A stretch of DNA of 64,000 nt from the human T2T-CHM13v2.0 reference genome, Homo sapiens, in the NCBI RefSeq assembly GCF_009914755.1, contig NC_060933.1; one strand, written 5' to 3'. Shown one piece after another: positions 25,993 through 39,200 of the stretch (positions are counted from its first letter, which is position 1; every line of letters begins with the position of its first letter). Position numbers and translations under genes: made by a program. A model generated the notes under the pieces. The model searched no databases, was not told where the DNA came from, and saw only the letters and a list, made by a program, of their open reading frames with translations.

Positions 25993-27817
25993 ACAACTAT
26001 CTCTGTAGAAATAGGCAAGGTTGTTTGATATGCAAATGTGGCTTTAAATTACATAATAACATTATATCAGTAAGCCCATTTTTTTCTTATAGTTGCACTC
26101 AACATCATGATTTTAAGACCTAGGCATGTTGCTTTATATTTGACCTCATGAGAACTCACCTTTACACATCTGTTTCTCACACTGAAATCAACATGCTTTT
26201 GAGTCAGTATTTAGGACTGAGTGAGGCTGTTCGCTGGAGTTAATCTGACACCAGATGCATTTATCCCTCTTTAGGACTGTAACGAATTCCTTTGCGCTCT
26301 GTTCGCCCATGCTCACTAGTTGGCATCACAGGTGTCATCTTTGAAAAAGAAAAACATCTCATCCCTTGGTTTCCTGACAACCACCCCCACCCCCTGCCTT
26401 GGCTCTTTTTCATGGAATTTGCACCAAACAGCACAGAGACAAACGTCTCTCTAACGTCTATGATTTATCCTTGCTTACACAAGATCACTCCAGCCTATAA
26501 AAAAGTATTTTTAAAAAATATGAAAAGTTACCCCAGTCTTGGATTACAGAGTTTCAGATAAAAATGAAAACATAGTAAAATTGCTTATCAGAGTTTCCTG
26601 TTCTTATTCGCCCTTACTCCTTTCGCAGATGTGAGTCATAAATCCACAACCAAATCCTCCCTCCTTCGAGGTCAACTCCTACTAACACCCATGAGGAGGG
26701 AATTTGACTCATATAATAACACTTAATTAAAATGTATAATGTCCACATGTACATGAGAGATAAAAAGAATGCTTCTTCGGGTATGTTTCCAGCCCAATCT
26801 TTCAAAATACGTGAAGTATTTCTTAATCTACTATACCCTATAAATGATAAATATAAGATACTAAGATTTAAAATACTTTCAATAACACTTTCCTAGGCCT
26901 CCAGATGAGCACTACATAAGTTTATAATAAAATATTTAAAATAGCTACCATGTATTATGTGTTTATAATGTGCCAGGCACTGGAGTAATGTGTTTTCACA
27001 TTTTAATCCTCATAAGCCAAAGACATAGATTTTTTATCTTCGTTTTAAAGTTGAAAGACCTAAGGCTCAGAGATAAATTTTTTAAAAAATCTTTAATCCC
27101 TTTATACAAGATTAGCTCATTCTCACAAGCCAAAAATAAAACCCAAAACTCCCATATCTCCCCATATAAAAAAATACTCTTTAACTTCTTTCTCCCTCCA
27201 GAACCCCTCCTCCCTCTCCTTTCTATCTTCAGCCAACATCTGGAAGGTTCTGTCTACATTCACGCCTCTCTCTTCCCCTCCTTTCCTTGCAACCTGGTTG
27301 CCTCTCACAGCAGTGAAACAGAAAGCTGTTTCCTCAGCCCATAACCAACTGTAACTTTGAATCACTGTGCACCCTTGGCCGCGGCCGCCTCCTCCTTCAA
27401 TTTAACTCCCTGCCTTGATCTGCCATCTCTGGCATGCTCTACTTACATTCACTCCTCCTCTTCATGTGTTTCTGGGCTGCTTTGCCAACACTTCTTCCTC
27501 TGCTGCCCTCATACATCCAGGCAGAGGAGAACAGCTTCTGCCTTGGCCTCCTGCCTTAGTTCTAACTGGTGTCCCCTGAGCATCTCAAGCCCCCAGACTG
27601 GAGCCTGTGTCCTGGGGTTAATTCCCTTCCCCACCTATGGAGGCTTAGCTCCTGCCCACCAGTGGGGTTATCACAAGTGCCTGCCTTTTCCTCACACTCT
27701 GCCTCTTACAGGGTTTCCGTCGGCTGGCCATTTGTGAGTTGTGTGACCCTGGACCTCAGTGTCCTCCCATAGAAAACAAGGAGCATGAACTAGATTTATC
27801 TCTAGTGTCCTTTCTAG

Positions 27818-28041
<224 letters not shown>

Positions 28042-28519
28042 CTAAGAATTTTAACATTTGAGTTTTCTTCCGACAAAGAGGTGGAGGAAAATATAACTTT
28101 ATATAAACATGTATAAACCCTGCTTCCCACTTTAATTAAGCCATAAATTCCTGCGGCAGCTAGGGATGTGAAGAGGCAAGTGAGAAGAGGAAATGTGCAT
28201 AAGACTCTCAGCAGCTTGGAAGTAAACAGGGAGGACTGAAGTGACCCTGTTGCTCCGAAGGTGGCTGTTCATTAGCCTCCTTCTGTCCTTAGACCCAGCT
28301 GGAGCATTGCATGCACTGGCTCCCAGGTTGCAGGGGATGTCAGCAGCTCCAGCTCATCCGACTGAAGGAGGCCATGTGGCTTTCCCTGGACTTTCTGCTT
28401 GAACAGTGAATCCCTGTAGGGCCTGGATCCATTGCCCTCTTCTCCTCCCACCCCACCCAAGCACTCTTCTTCATGAGTTTGCTTTCTCCTATCTTTTTTT
28501 CCTCCACTTTTCCTTCACA

Positions 28520-28900
28520 AATTGTTGATTAAGCACCTGCTATGGGCCAGACATTTTTCTAGAGGAACACCTCAATGAGCAGACAGGTTCTTGTTCTCAT
28601 AGATCTTCCATTTTAGAGAGAAAGCTGAATGATAAACAAATAATACAGCAGGTGGTGAGGGGTGCTATAAAGAAGGATGAGCAGGGTAAGTGGGTGAGAA
28701 AATGTGCTACTTTGTCCTCTAGAGGCCAGGGAAAGCCTCTCTGTTTAGGTGATATTTGACAGAGATTTGAAGACACTGAAGGAGTGAGCCATTTGGATCT
28801 CTAGGGAAAGAGCATTCTTCCCCAGACAGAGAACAGCAAGTGCAAAGGCCATGATGAAGAAGGGAGCTTGGCCAGAGTGAGGGACACAAACGGCAGCCTA
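28520..28900. mobile_element. L2 fragment
   Basis: ttaagcacctgctatgggccag...gtgatatttgacagagatttgaag..gaaggagtgagcca...gaacagcaagtgcaaaggcc. Confidence 0.7.
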
Positions 28901-29219
28901 CGGTGCATGCACGTCTTAAGAGATGAGGTTCCTGGTGCCCTTTGACTGCCTCAGAGATCCCGTGCTCACAAGACACAGCCCCAATCATTCTAAAATACAT
29001 CTATGCTATAGAAACTTGTCCCAAAATATCCTTTCACAATGATTTACCTTCTGGTATCCCACCCATGAAAGCAGAAATTTCCTGCTTTCTCCTAATAATT
29101 ACTAATAATTCTCCTAATAATTACTAATCTGTCTCCTCCCCCAAAATGTAAGGCCAAGAAGAGCAGGGACTTGGCCTATTCATTCACTGCTCTATGTTCG
29201 GCTCCTAGTTCAGTGCTAA

Positions 29220-29540
<321 letters not shown>

Positions 29541-30317
29541 TGAAATGGGGAATCTAACTATGCTACATGGTAATGAGGCAGCTGACTTTCTTGGAAGCAG
29601 AAGACCTAATTCTAGATGTGGTGACATAAAAGCAATAAAGGAAGGACCTCTATAAATCACTCGTGGAGCTGAGCCTCAGCTCTCAAAGTGTTGGATTAGA
29701 ACTAGGGATGGCAAAATCCTGTTACAGGCACAACAACTCACCCCCTCCCTTCCATGCCCACTAGACTCTCTAATGAAGCGTGGCTGTCTCTCTCTGGAAA
29801 AAACTACGGAATTCTTCCCACCCAGTGCTCCTAGCAGCCACAACCAAAGGGTCAGAGGTGACCCTTACAATGAACCCAATTTGCCATCCCTCAATTAGAT
29901 GTTTAAGATTCCTTTCCACTTTAACATCCTGTGGTGCAAATCTAAGCAAGCCTGCTTGTTTGGCCACATGGAGGTACATGTTCCTGCAAAATCAACCCCA
30001 AGAAATCCTATTGCTCACAGGTAAGCAGGTAACCCCTGCTTCCATAGCAGAGGCAGTCACTAGTAGTACTTGCTTCAATTGGGACAAATATTTTTCACCC
30101 GGAAACTAATTCAAGGCTACCTTTTTCAGACTCTTTCGAAGGCTGCTAGAATTGGTCCCTTGAGTAAGCTGAGTGTTGTGGTGCCCCTCAGTTCCCATGC
30201 CATAGAAGCTCGAACCTCATTCATTAATACACTAGCCCTAAGGCTTGAAACCGGTCTGGCCTGGCTTGGAGTCTTTAGATCACTCTCTAGCTTCTGGCCA
30301 ATAAGAATGAGCTTCTA

Positions 30318-30632
30318 GGCCAGGCATGGCAGCTCACGCCTGTAATCCCAGCACTTTGGGAGGCCGAGGCAAGTGGATCACTTGCATCCAGGAGTTCAAG
30401 ACCAGTCTAGGCAACATAGTGAAACCCCATCTCTACAAAAAAATACAAAAAATTAACTGGGCGTGGTGGCACGGGCCTGTAGTCTCAACTATTCAGGAGG
30501 CTGAAGTGGGAGGATCGCTTGTGTGGGGAGGTCAAGGCTGCAATAAGCTGTGATGACACCACTGTACTCCAGCCTGCATGACAGACTAAGGCTGGAGTGC
30601 AGTCTCCAAAAACAAAACAAAACAAAACCAAA
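30318..30632 (+). mobile_element. AluJ
   Basis: Alu dimer with (CAAAA)n tail. Confidence 0.9.
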
Positions 30633-31079
30633 AACCTGCAGCCTGCACCACTCCTACTGGTAGGCTTGCTCTGATAGCAGCACTTCAAGCAGGTGATAAC
30701 AGTATGAGGTTTATTTTTAATTGCTAGGTGTGGTGGTTGTATTTCCTCAGAGTAAAAATGCACTTCCTTCCTCCCTTTGAAGTGAGATGTGGACCTGTGA
30801 TTTGATCTGGCCAAGGAAGTGTGACCGAAAATGACCTGGACACTTCCAATGGGAGCTTTAAAAGCCAGTGCACAATTTATCACTGATCCTTTTTCTGCTT
30901 CAGTCATCGTAGAAGCCCAGGTCAGGATGGAACTCCCACCAGCCTGGATTGCTGATTAAGGATGCTCCATGTTAGAGCAAAAATATAAGTTGTTTTAAAC
31001 CACAGAAATTTGGAGACATAACTAGTCTCTATTGACTGATACTCCATGGTGTAAGATTACTCATGGGATTTTTCTAGCT

Positions 31080-31597
31080 CAGAGTTTCTCAATTTTGGTA
31101 GGATTGACGTTTGGGGTTAGTTATTGCTTTCTTGTGGGGACCATCCTGTGCATTGCAGGATGTTAAGTGGCCTCCGTAGCCTTTACCCACTAGACACCAG
31201 CAGCACCCCATCCCAAGTTGTGACCATCAAAAATCCCTCAACAGTATGATTCCACTTATTTGAGGTACCTAGAGTAGTCAAAATCGTGGAGACAGAAAGT
31301 CAAATGATGGTTGTCAGGGGCTGGGAGAAGAGGGAAATGGCGAGTTAGTGTTTAATGTGTACAGAGTTACAGTTTTGCAAAATGAAAAGAGTTCTATGGA
31401 TGGATGGTGGTGATGGTTGCACATCAGTGTGAAGGTGCTTAGTGCCACTGAACTATACACATGAAAATGGTTCAGATGGCTAATTTTATGTTATGTGCTT
31501 TGCCACAATTTTTGAAAATGGAAAAAAAAATGTCTCCAGACATTGCCAATGTCCCCTGGAAAGCAAAATCGCCCCTGGTTGAGAACTAGTGTTCTAG
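31080..31597. mobile_element. MER20 interrupted by an L1MB 3'-end fragment (~31242-31530)
   Basis: MER20 halves (tgtgcattgcaggatgtt...caagttgtgaccatcaaaaat / gtctccagacattgccaatgtcccctgg...ggttgagaac) flank the L1 3' UTR. Confidence 0.8.
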
Positions 31598-32115
31598 CGG
31601 TAGTGCGACACATTCAATTGTAAAATATGTGTAAAAACGTGGGCTTAGGGCTCAGCCCTGCTTTTTGCCATTGAGGGTTAGAATCTCATCTCTCCTGAAA
31701 TATTTTTTATCCACTCAGATTTTAGGCCAGGATCAATAGGACAATTGAACGGTTTGATCTAGAAAAAGCCCCTGTCTATGGACCCAAAACTGGTGTGATA
31801 TGAATACACTCTGTAAAAACTCTTACACTGTTTTAAGCTTTACATCTGATAAACAGAGCACAGTAGAGACTCCACTTGGGATAATTTTTCCTGAAACCTA
31901 CTTGTTTTTCATGCTGTTTCTGCAGTTTAGGTGCCTGGTCTTAAAATGTGTTGAAGCAAAAGAATGGGAAGAGCCAAGGGACACATCAGGGAGTTTCCAA
32001 ATGACAGAACTGCAAACCTGCAGGGCAGTCCTCTGCTGCGGAAGAGGGAGCTTACACTCTGAATGCATCTTGAGGAGTCTTCTCCATACCCGAGGAATAA
32101 ATTCAGGCTAACAAG

Positions 32116-32283
32116 GGGGCCTAAATGATGATTGGCTCTGCTCTTGACCAATTGAACTCCATGCTCGGACTGGGGCCTAAATGGTGATTGGCTCTGCTCT
32201 TGACCAATTGAATTCCATGCTCGGACTGGGGCCTAAATGGTGATTGGCTCTGCTCTTGACCAATTGAACTCCATGCTCGGACC
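32116..32283. repeat. 56-bp tandem repeat, 3 near-identical copies
   Basis: Unit ggggcctaaatggtgattggctctgctcttgaccaattgaactccatgctcggact starting at 32116, 32172 and 32228. Confidence 0.97.
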
Positions 32284-33074
32284 GAGGCAGCAGAGGGCTT
32301 CTTACACCCACCTCCACCACCATCACCCTGCCTAAGTCATCTCAGAGAATCCTCTTTCTATCTCAGTATTGGGCCTACATTCTTATGCTTCAGCCCTTTT
32401 CCATAATGACCCCTCCAGATTGCCACACTCTAGAACCACTACAGAGGGTGGCGTTACTGCTGTATGGACACTTCATCTCAAAGTGAGGGGCCAGCTCACA
32501 TGATTTGCAGGGTTCCTTTCTCTGGCCTTCTAAAACATTCTCCAGGTTGAGGCTGAAACTGCTCCCCCAAAGCCCCATAATAGGCATGAACAGATTATCC
32601 TCCTCTTCTTGGTTCTCATGGCTAGAATCCTTAACCAATCCTCTCCCCACAAAGTAGGGTTGATTTCACAAGCTGTTATTTCAGCTGCTCGTTCTGCCAT
32701 CTGCTCTTGAGTTGCTTGGCGAACACCTCCAGCGTGCTTGGAGCTGCACTGTCACGCTTCGCCCCAATCAGCTTCTGGCCCCCCACACTCAAACACATCT
32801 GCATCGGCACACCCCTCCCACGCCCCAGTTCTGCCCACAGTGGATCCATCCATCTGCGCTCCAGGCCCCAGCCCCTTGGGAGCTTGCGCTATCAATTACT
32901 TGCACTTAGTTCAGAATCTTTAGCCACTCCATGTCCATGGTTATTTCATTTATTCAATGTAGTAACATGTTTAAACCTCTCCCGTCCTGGAAAAAAAAAA
33001 AGTCCTACATTTAACCCTATCTCCCTCTTTAGCTTAAAGTCATCTGTAATCTTCCTTGCCATTTATTTACTCCA

Positions 33075-33525
33075 TGTCCCAGGTTGAACAGTATCCACAC
33101 ACCCCCAAAAATTCCTGTTCTCCCTAGGAATCTTAGAATGTGACTTTATTTGGAAATAGGGTTGTTGCAGATGTAATTGGTTAGGAGTGGACCCTTAATC
33201 CACTATGACTGGTGTCGGTGTCCTTAGAAGAAGAATAGAGGGAACGCAGAGGCACACACAGAGAGGAGGCCATGTGATGATGGGGGCGGAAACTGGGGTG
33301 GTGTATCTACAAGCCAAGGAATGTCAGGGCTTGCAGGAAACCCCAGAAGCGAATGGAAAGGCATGGAGCAGATTCTTCCTAGCATCTTCAGAGAGAGCAT
33401 GGTGCTGCCAACACCTCGTTTTGAACTTCTAGCTTCCAAAACTGTGAGAGAAAAAATTTCTGTTGTTTTAACAAGACACTCAGTTTCTGGTATTTTGTGA
33501 CAGCAGACCTAGAAACTGAATATAC
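33075..33525 (+). mobile_element. MaLR LTR (MLT1C-like)
   Basis: gaatgtgactttatttggaaatagggt..tgcagatgtaatt; ctacaagccaaggaatg; aactgtgagagaaaaaatttctgttgtttta. Confidence 0.85.
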
Positions 33526-34369
33526 CCTTTAAACCACCACCGTTTTCCTTTTGGTTCCAAGATTCTTTCGTGTATGACCTGCGAGAGCCAAATCCAGTCT
33601 TTATTTGGCCTCTCTGGAGCACGTGCAACTCATTTATTCCTTATTGATGCTTCTCCCCCACATCCTTCTCGGCCTCCTTCATTGCTTCCTAATCTCACAG
33701 CCAGCTACCGCATACTGGAGTCCCTGGGTTCATCACCACCTTTTCCCACTCTGTTCATGCTCCACTGCAATCTCATCCAAATACCAGCTCTCCTCCCACC
33801 CCCATGCTGATGATTCCCCAAGCCCTCTGGCCTAAGCCTCTCTCCTGAGATCTACTTTGAGTTCCCCACTGCCTCCTGGACATTTCCACCTAGAACTTGT
33901 ACAAGCACTTCAAAAACTACATGGCTAAAATGGAAGTCATGGTCTAGAAGCCTCCTTCCCAAATAAACCTGCTTTTTCTCCTGTAACCTGCATGTCAATG
34001 AGAGGCTTCACGTTCACACAGGGGCATAAGCCAGACACCTGGCATCTTCTTGGGCTTCTCCTCTGCACCCTTGGCCGTGGTCACTGAAGCCAAAGGACTC
34101 TGCCTATAAGGGTTTGGGGAATGTATCCTCTGCATCCCTGCTGCAGCTGCTTCAGCTCAGCCTCTTACCACCTCTTGTGGCTAGCGGAGACCTCCACTAC
34201 ACCAGACTTTCATGCTGCTCTGGGAGCACTTTCTTATACCACCTTGTTTTAAGCCATTCCCCTGCTTCGAATGCTTCAGGGTTTCCTGGTCACCTGCAGG
34301 ATGATGCCCTTAGCATTCCTCCACTTGGAATAACAACGCCTTGTAGCATCTGGCTTTCAGGAGTTTAGA

Positions 34370-34595
34370 GTGGAGGGGCTCTGCATTCAACTCCAGGACC
34401 TACCACATACTTGGTGCGTGGCCCTGGGCAACATACTTACTCTCTCTGTGCCTCAGATTCCTCACCTGAAAATGGGGATAATCATAGTACCTACCTCATA
34501 GAGTTGTTGTAAAGATTAAATGAGCGAATATGTTCAGAGTACCCGGAACTGTGTCCAGCATGTCGTAAATGGGCACTAAATATTAACTGCTGTTG
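34370..34595. mobile_element. MIR
   Basis: tctctgtgcctcagattcctcacctgaaaatggggataatcatagtacctacctcatagagttgttgtaaagattaaatgag. Confidence 0.85.
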
Positions 34596-35439
34596 CTGTT
34601 AAGTATTACCTTTCCCCACTCATTTCTGTACAGCTTCCCATGTGCGTTGTTTTCCAGCCGATCAGAACACTCTTCCATCTTAGAAGAAAAAAAAAAAGCC
34701 CTACCTGTGTTCCCCTGGCTCTTGGCCTTGACACACACTGTCTGGAATACCTTTCCCACCACCTCTCATCCCATGCTCCCTGTGAACATACTTCGACTCA
34801 TCTTTTCTGACCTAAGTACCCTCCCCTGCAGTCAAGCACGCTCTTCACTGAGCCTTCGTAAGGCGCTTGTGCTCACCTCTATTGCAGCACAGATCACACT
34901 GCATTATAAAGGACCATCTCCTGTCTCTCCGTCCATCTTTCAGAGTTTGCTGTATTGATCTTAGTGATGTCAGCACGTGGCACTCAGCTAGACAAAGAAA
35001 GCAGGCTCAATAAAGGCTGGTAGAATTAAGAATTGTATAAAGGCATTAAATAGAGATGGGGTACAAATATGTCCCAGGCTGCCTGGGATAGTCCTGGTTT
35101 AGGCCATGGTCCTGATATAATTACTAACAACACCCTCTTTCACTGTCAAAAATATCTCCTTTGGACAATACATTATAAGGTCACTCTAGGTATTAGAGCT
35201 GTGATTCTCACCCTATCAGGCCCAATTTTCTCTTTGCTTAACAGCTATTTTAGAATACCCTATGCACTATCTTTAAATGGGATTGATAGGCAATAGAAAC
35301 TGCCAATAACAGAATTTCAAAAAAAACAATGTAATACCCTAAATAGAATGCTTAATGGAAAATGAAGCAGATTTTTTTAAAAGTAGCTTAAACTAAAATT
35401 ATGTGTGCAGTATTTTGATGTGTAAATGCTTAGGTCTTA

Positions 35440-36222
35440 CACTTCTGGCCAAGATGGAGTAACAGAGACCAAAATTACTTTCTGACCTAAAACAACAAAA
35501 ATACTGGACAAAATATATGAAACTATGGCCCTCAAGCAACAAAGGGAATCAATCACTGGAATCAAGCATCAAAGGGCAGTGATCCTCAAGAGATGAGAAA
35601 CAAATGAGGCTAGCCCCACAATTGACCTCCCAAACACCTTAGAAAACTTTCCAAGCCACAGCACAGGAAGAAAGAATGCAGATGGAGCTCAGAGATCTTC
35701 CTGAGTTGAGAAGACAGAACTGTGAGTCTGGGAAGGCCAATGTGGCTAGAATTCATAGGGCAGAATATTGAGGAGGAGAGGGCTGTACAGAGACAGAGCT
35801 CTGGAAATCTGAAGATAATACTTACCCTCCTTGACTGTTTAACAGCGTAGTGATCAGAGTATGCAGGTATGAAAATCGCCTGAGAGGCTGGACCCGGTGG
35901 CTCGCACCTGCAATCCCAGCACTTTGGGAGGCTGAGGTGGGTGGATCACAAGGTCAGGAGATAGAGACCATCCTGGCAAACATGGTGAAACCCCATCTCT
36001 ACTAAAAATACAAAACTTAGCTGGGTGTGGTGACACACGCCTCTAGAGTCCCAGCTACTCAGGAGGCTGAGGCAGGAGAATCTCTTGAACCTGGGAGGCA
36101 GTGGTTGCAGTCACCCGAGATCCAGCAAAGCATGGGCAACAGAGCAAGACTCAGTCTCCAAAAAAAAAAAGAAAGAAAAAAGAAAACTGCCTGAGAATGG
36201 AAAAAGAATCATCCACAAAGAG
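35440..36222 (+). mobile_element. Old L1M 5'-end fragment with an inserted AluS (35887-36185)
   Basis: acttctggccaagatggagtaacagagacc L1M-type start; Alu flanked by gaaaatcgcctgaga / gaaaactgcctgaga. Confidence 0.7.
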
Positions 36223-36223
36223 A

Positions 36224-39200
36224 GCCAGCCCCTCTTCCCCCCTGGCTCTTAGGACCCCCATCGCAAGGGGGTGAGACACCCCCCTTGATGCGGGGAGTGC
36301 GTGCCAGCCCCTCTTCCCTCCCTGGTTTTTAGGATCCGCGGTGGACTCACAGCCTGTTTACGGTATTCGGAGTGATATCATCTCCCCCTCTGGAAATTAT
36401 AAACTATTTCACAGATGGGGGTACACCCTCGGTGTGCAGAGGGTGTACAGCCGTCTGTTTTGGGAGTAATATCATCGTCTTCCTCCCTGAATATTAACAA
36501 CAGCATCACAGCTGTGTTTCTACTGCAGGTGTGATTGGGCGTCACCTCCTCCTCTCCCACGTGGAAATTAGAACCGATATCAGTGGGGGCGTGCACACCT
36601 TCTGTGATATTTAAAGTGACATCATCCTCTTCCCTCCAGGATCATGAGAACAATATCCCTGGGGGGGTACACTTTCTGCGATATTGGGAGTAATATCGAC
36701 CTCTCGGCCTCTGAATATTAGGAACAATATCACAGGGTGGGTGTACACCTCCTGCTCTGTTATGGGGAGTAATATCTATCTATTACGGGGAGTAATATCA
36801 TCCTCTCCCTTTCAGGATGTTAATAACAATATCACAGGGTGGGTGATCACAGCCTGCGATACTGGGATTATTATCATCCTCTCCCCCTCGGGATACCAGG
36901 AACAATATCACAGAAGAGGTGTACACTCCCTGCGATTTTGGAAGTAATATCCTACGCTTCTTCCATGAATATTAGGAGCAATATCACCGGGTGGCTGTAC
37001 ATTCATTGCTATGTTGGGAGTCATGTCATACTCTACTCCCTGGCTATTAGGATCAGTGTCACAGGGTGAGTGTACACCTACTGAGATATTAAAACTAATA
37101 TCATGCTCTCCATCCCTGGATATTAGGAACAATATCACAGGTAGGTGTACACCCCCTGCGGTATTAGGAGAAATAATACGATTAATTATTAAGCATCAAT
37201 CTTAATAATATTATTAATTGTTAAACTTCAGTCTTAATAATTATCAATGGTAATATTAATTAATAGTATAACGTTATTAATCATTAATGATTATTTTAAA
37301 TGTACGATTATGCATGATTAAAATTATCTGTATTAATGTCATTTTTCAATAATATTAGTTATTAATCTTAATATTAATTATTGTTTTATTACCAACATCA
37401 CTTATGACTGATTTATGTAACATTGATTAATAATATCATTATTTTATTATTAATAGTGATATTGTTATTATTAATAGTAATTGTTAATATTTTTAATCCG
37501 TATTAACTTTTACTATCTCTATTGCAATTATTAATATCGATGATTACTATTAATTATTAATATATTTATTACTATTAATAATTAATATAACTGTTCCCGA
37601 TATCTGTGGGGGAGAGGATATTACTCCCGATGTCGCTGAAAGTGTACACCCCTCTATGATGTTTCTCCTAATTGCCAGGGCGTAGAGGATGACATGATTG
37701 AAGATATCGCTGCGGGTGTACCTCCGTTCAGTCATCTTGTTCCTAATGTCCTGGGTGGGAGCGGATGATATGACTCCCAATGTCGCAGGGGGCGTAGACC
37801 TCCCCCGTGATACTGTCCCTAACGTCCAAAGGTGGAGAGGATGATATTTCTTCCAGTTTCGCAGGGGATGTACACCACCCCTGAGATATGGATCCTAATA
37901 TCCAGGGGGCGAGAGGATGATGTTAGTCTCACTATTGCAGGAGGTGTACACTCCCTAGGGATATTGTTCCTAATATCCAGGGACGGAGAGGAAGATCTCA
38001 CTCCCAATACAGCAGGGGGTGGACACCCTTCTGTGACACTGTCCCTAATAGCCAGCGGGGGAGGGGAAGATATTACCCCCAATATCGCAGGGGGTGTACA
38101 CCCACCCCGGGATATTGTTCCTTATATCGAGAGGGGGATAGGGTGATATTGTTCCCAATATCGCAGGGGCTGTACACCCCTCCTGTGATATTGTTCTTAA
38201 TATCCTAGGAAAGAGAGGATGATACTACACGCAATATCTCAGGGGGTGAACACCCACCTCCTTCAGATATTGTTCTTAATGTACTCCACCTCCCCCGACC
38301 AGGGATGTTGTTCCTCATATCCAGGGGAAGAGAGGCTAACATTACGCCCAATATCGCAGGGGGTGTACACACCCTCTGTGATGTTGTTCCTAGTATCCAA
38401 AGGTAGAGACGATGATATTACTGGCCATATCGCAGGGGGTGTACACCCCTCTTGTGATACTGTTCTTAATATTTAGAGAGGGAGACAATGATAGTACTGT
38501 CCATATTACTGGGGTCACAGCAGCCCCGTGACGTTGTTTTTAATATTCAGTTTGGGAGAGGATGATAATAATTTCAATATAACAGGGGACACCCCCGCCC
38601 CGTGATGTTGTCCCTAATGTCCAAGGGAAGAGAAATGATATGACTCACAATATGTCAAGGGGTGTACATCCCCTGTATAATATTCTTCCTAATATCCAGG
38701 GGGGATTAGAATGATATTACTCCCAGTATCACAGGGGGTGTACGCGACCCCTTTTATATTGTTTCTAATATCTAGGGAGGGAGAGGATGATATTACTCCC
38801 AATATTGTAGGGGTGTACACCCCTCCCGTGACATTGTTTTTAATATTTAGGTAGGGAGTGGATGATGTTACTCTCAATATCTCAGAGGGTTTACACTCTT
38901 CCTGGGATACGGTTTCCAATATTAAGTGGGAGAGAGGATGATATTATTCCCAGTATCGCAGGGGGTGTACATGTCCTGTTATTTTGTTCCTAATATCCAG
39001 GTTGGGAGAGGATGATATTACTGCCTATATCGTAGGAGTTGTACACCCCATCAGTGATATTATTCCTCATATTCAGGGGAAAAGAGAATGACATCACTCC
39101 CAATAGCGCAGGAGGTGTACACACCCCTTTGATATTGTTCCTAATACGCAGTGGAGGAGACGATGATATTACTGGCCATATCGCGAGGGGTGTACACCTC

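Noticed and set aside
32116-32283. 56-bp repeats as a CRISPR array or RNA gene cluster
   Set aside because: Head-to-tail copies with no spacers and no recognisable RNA fold
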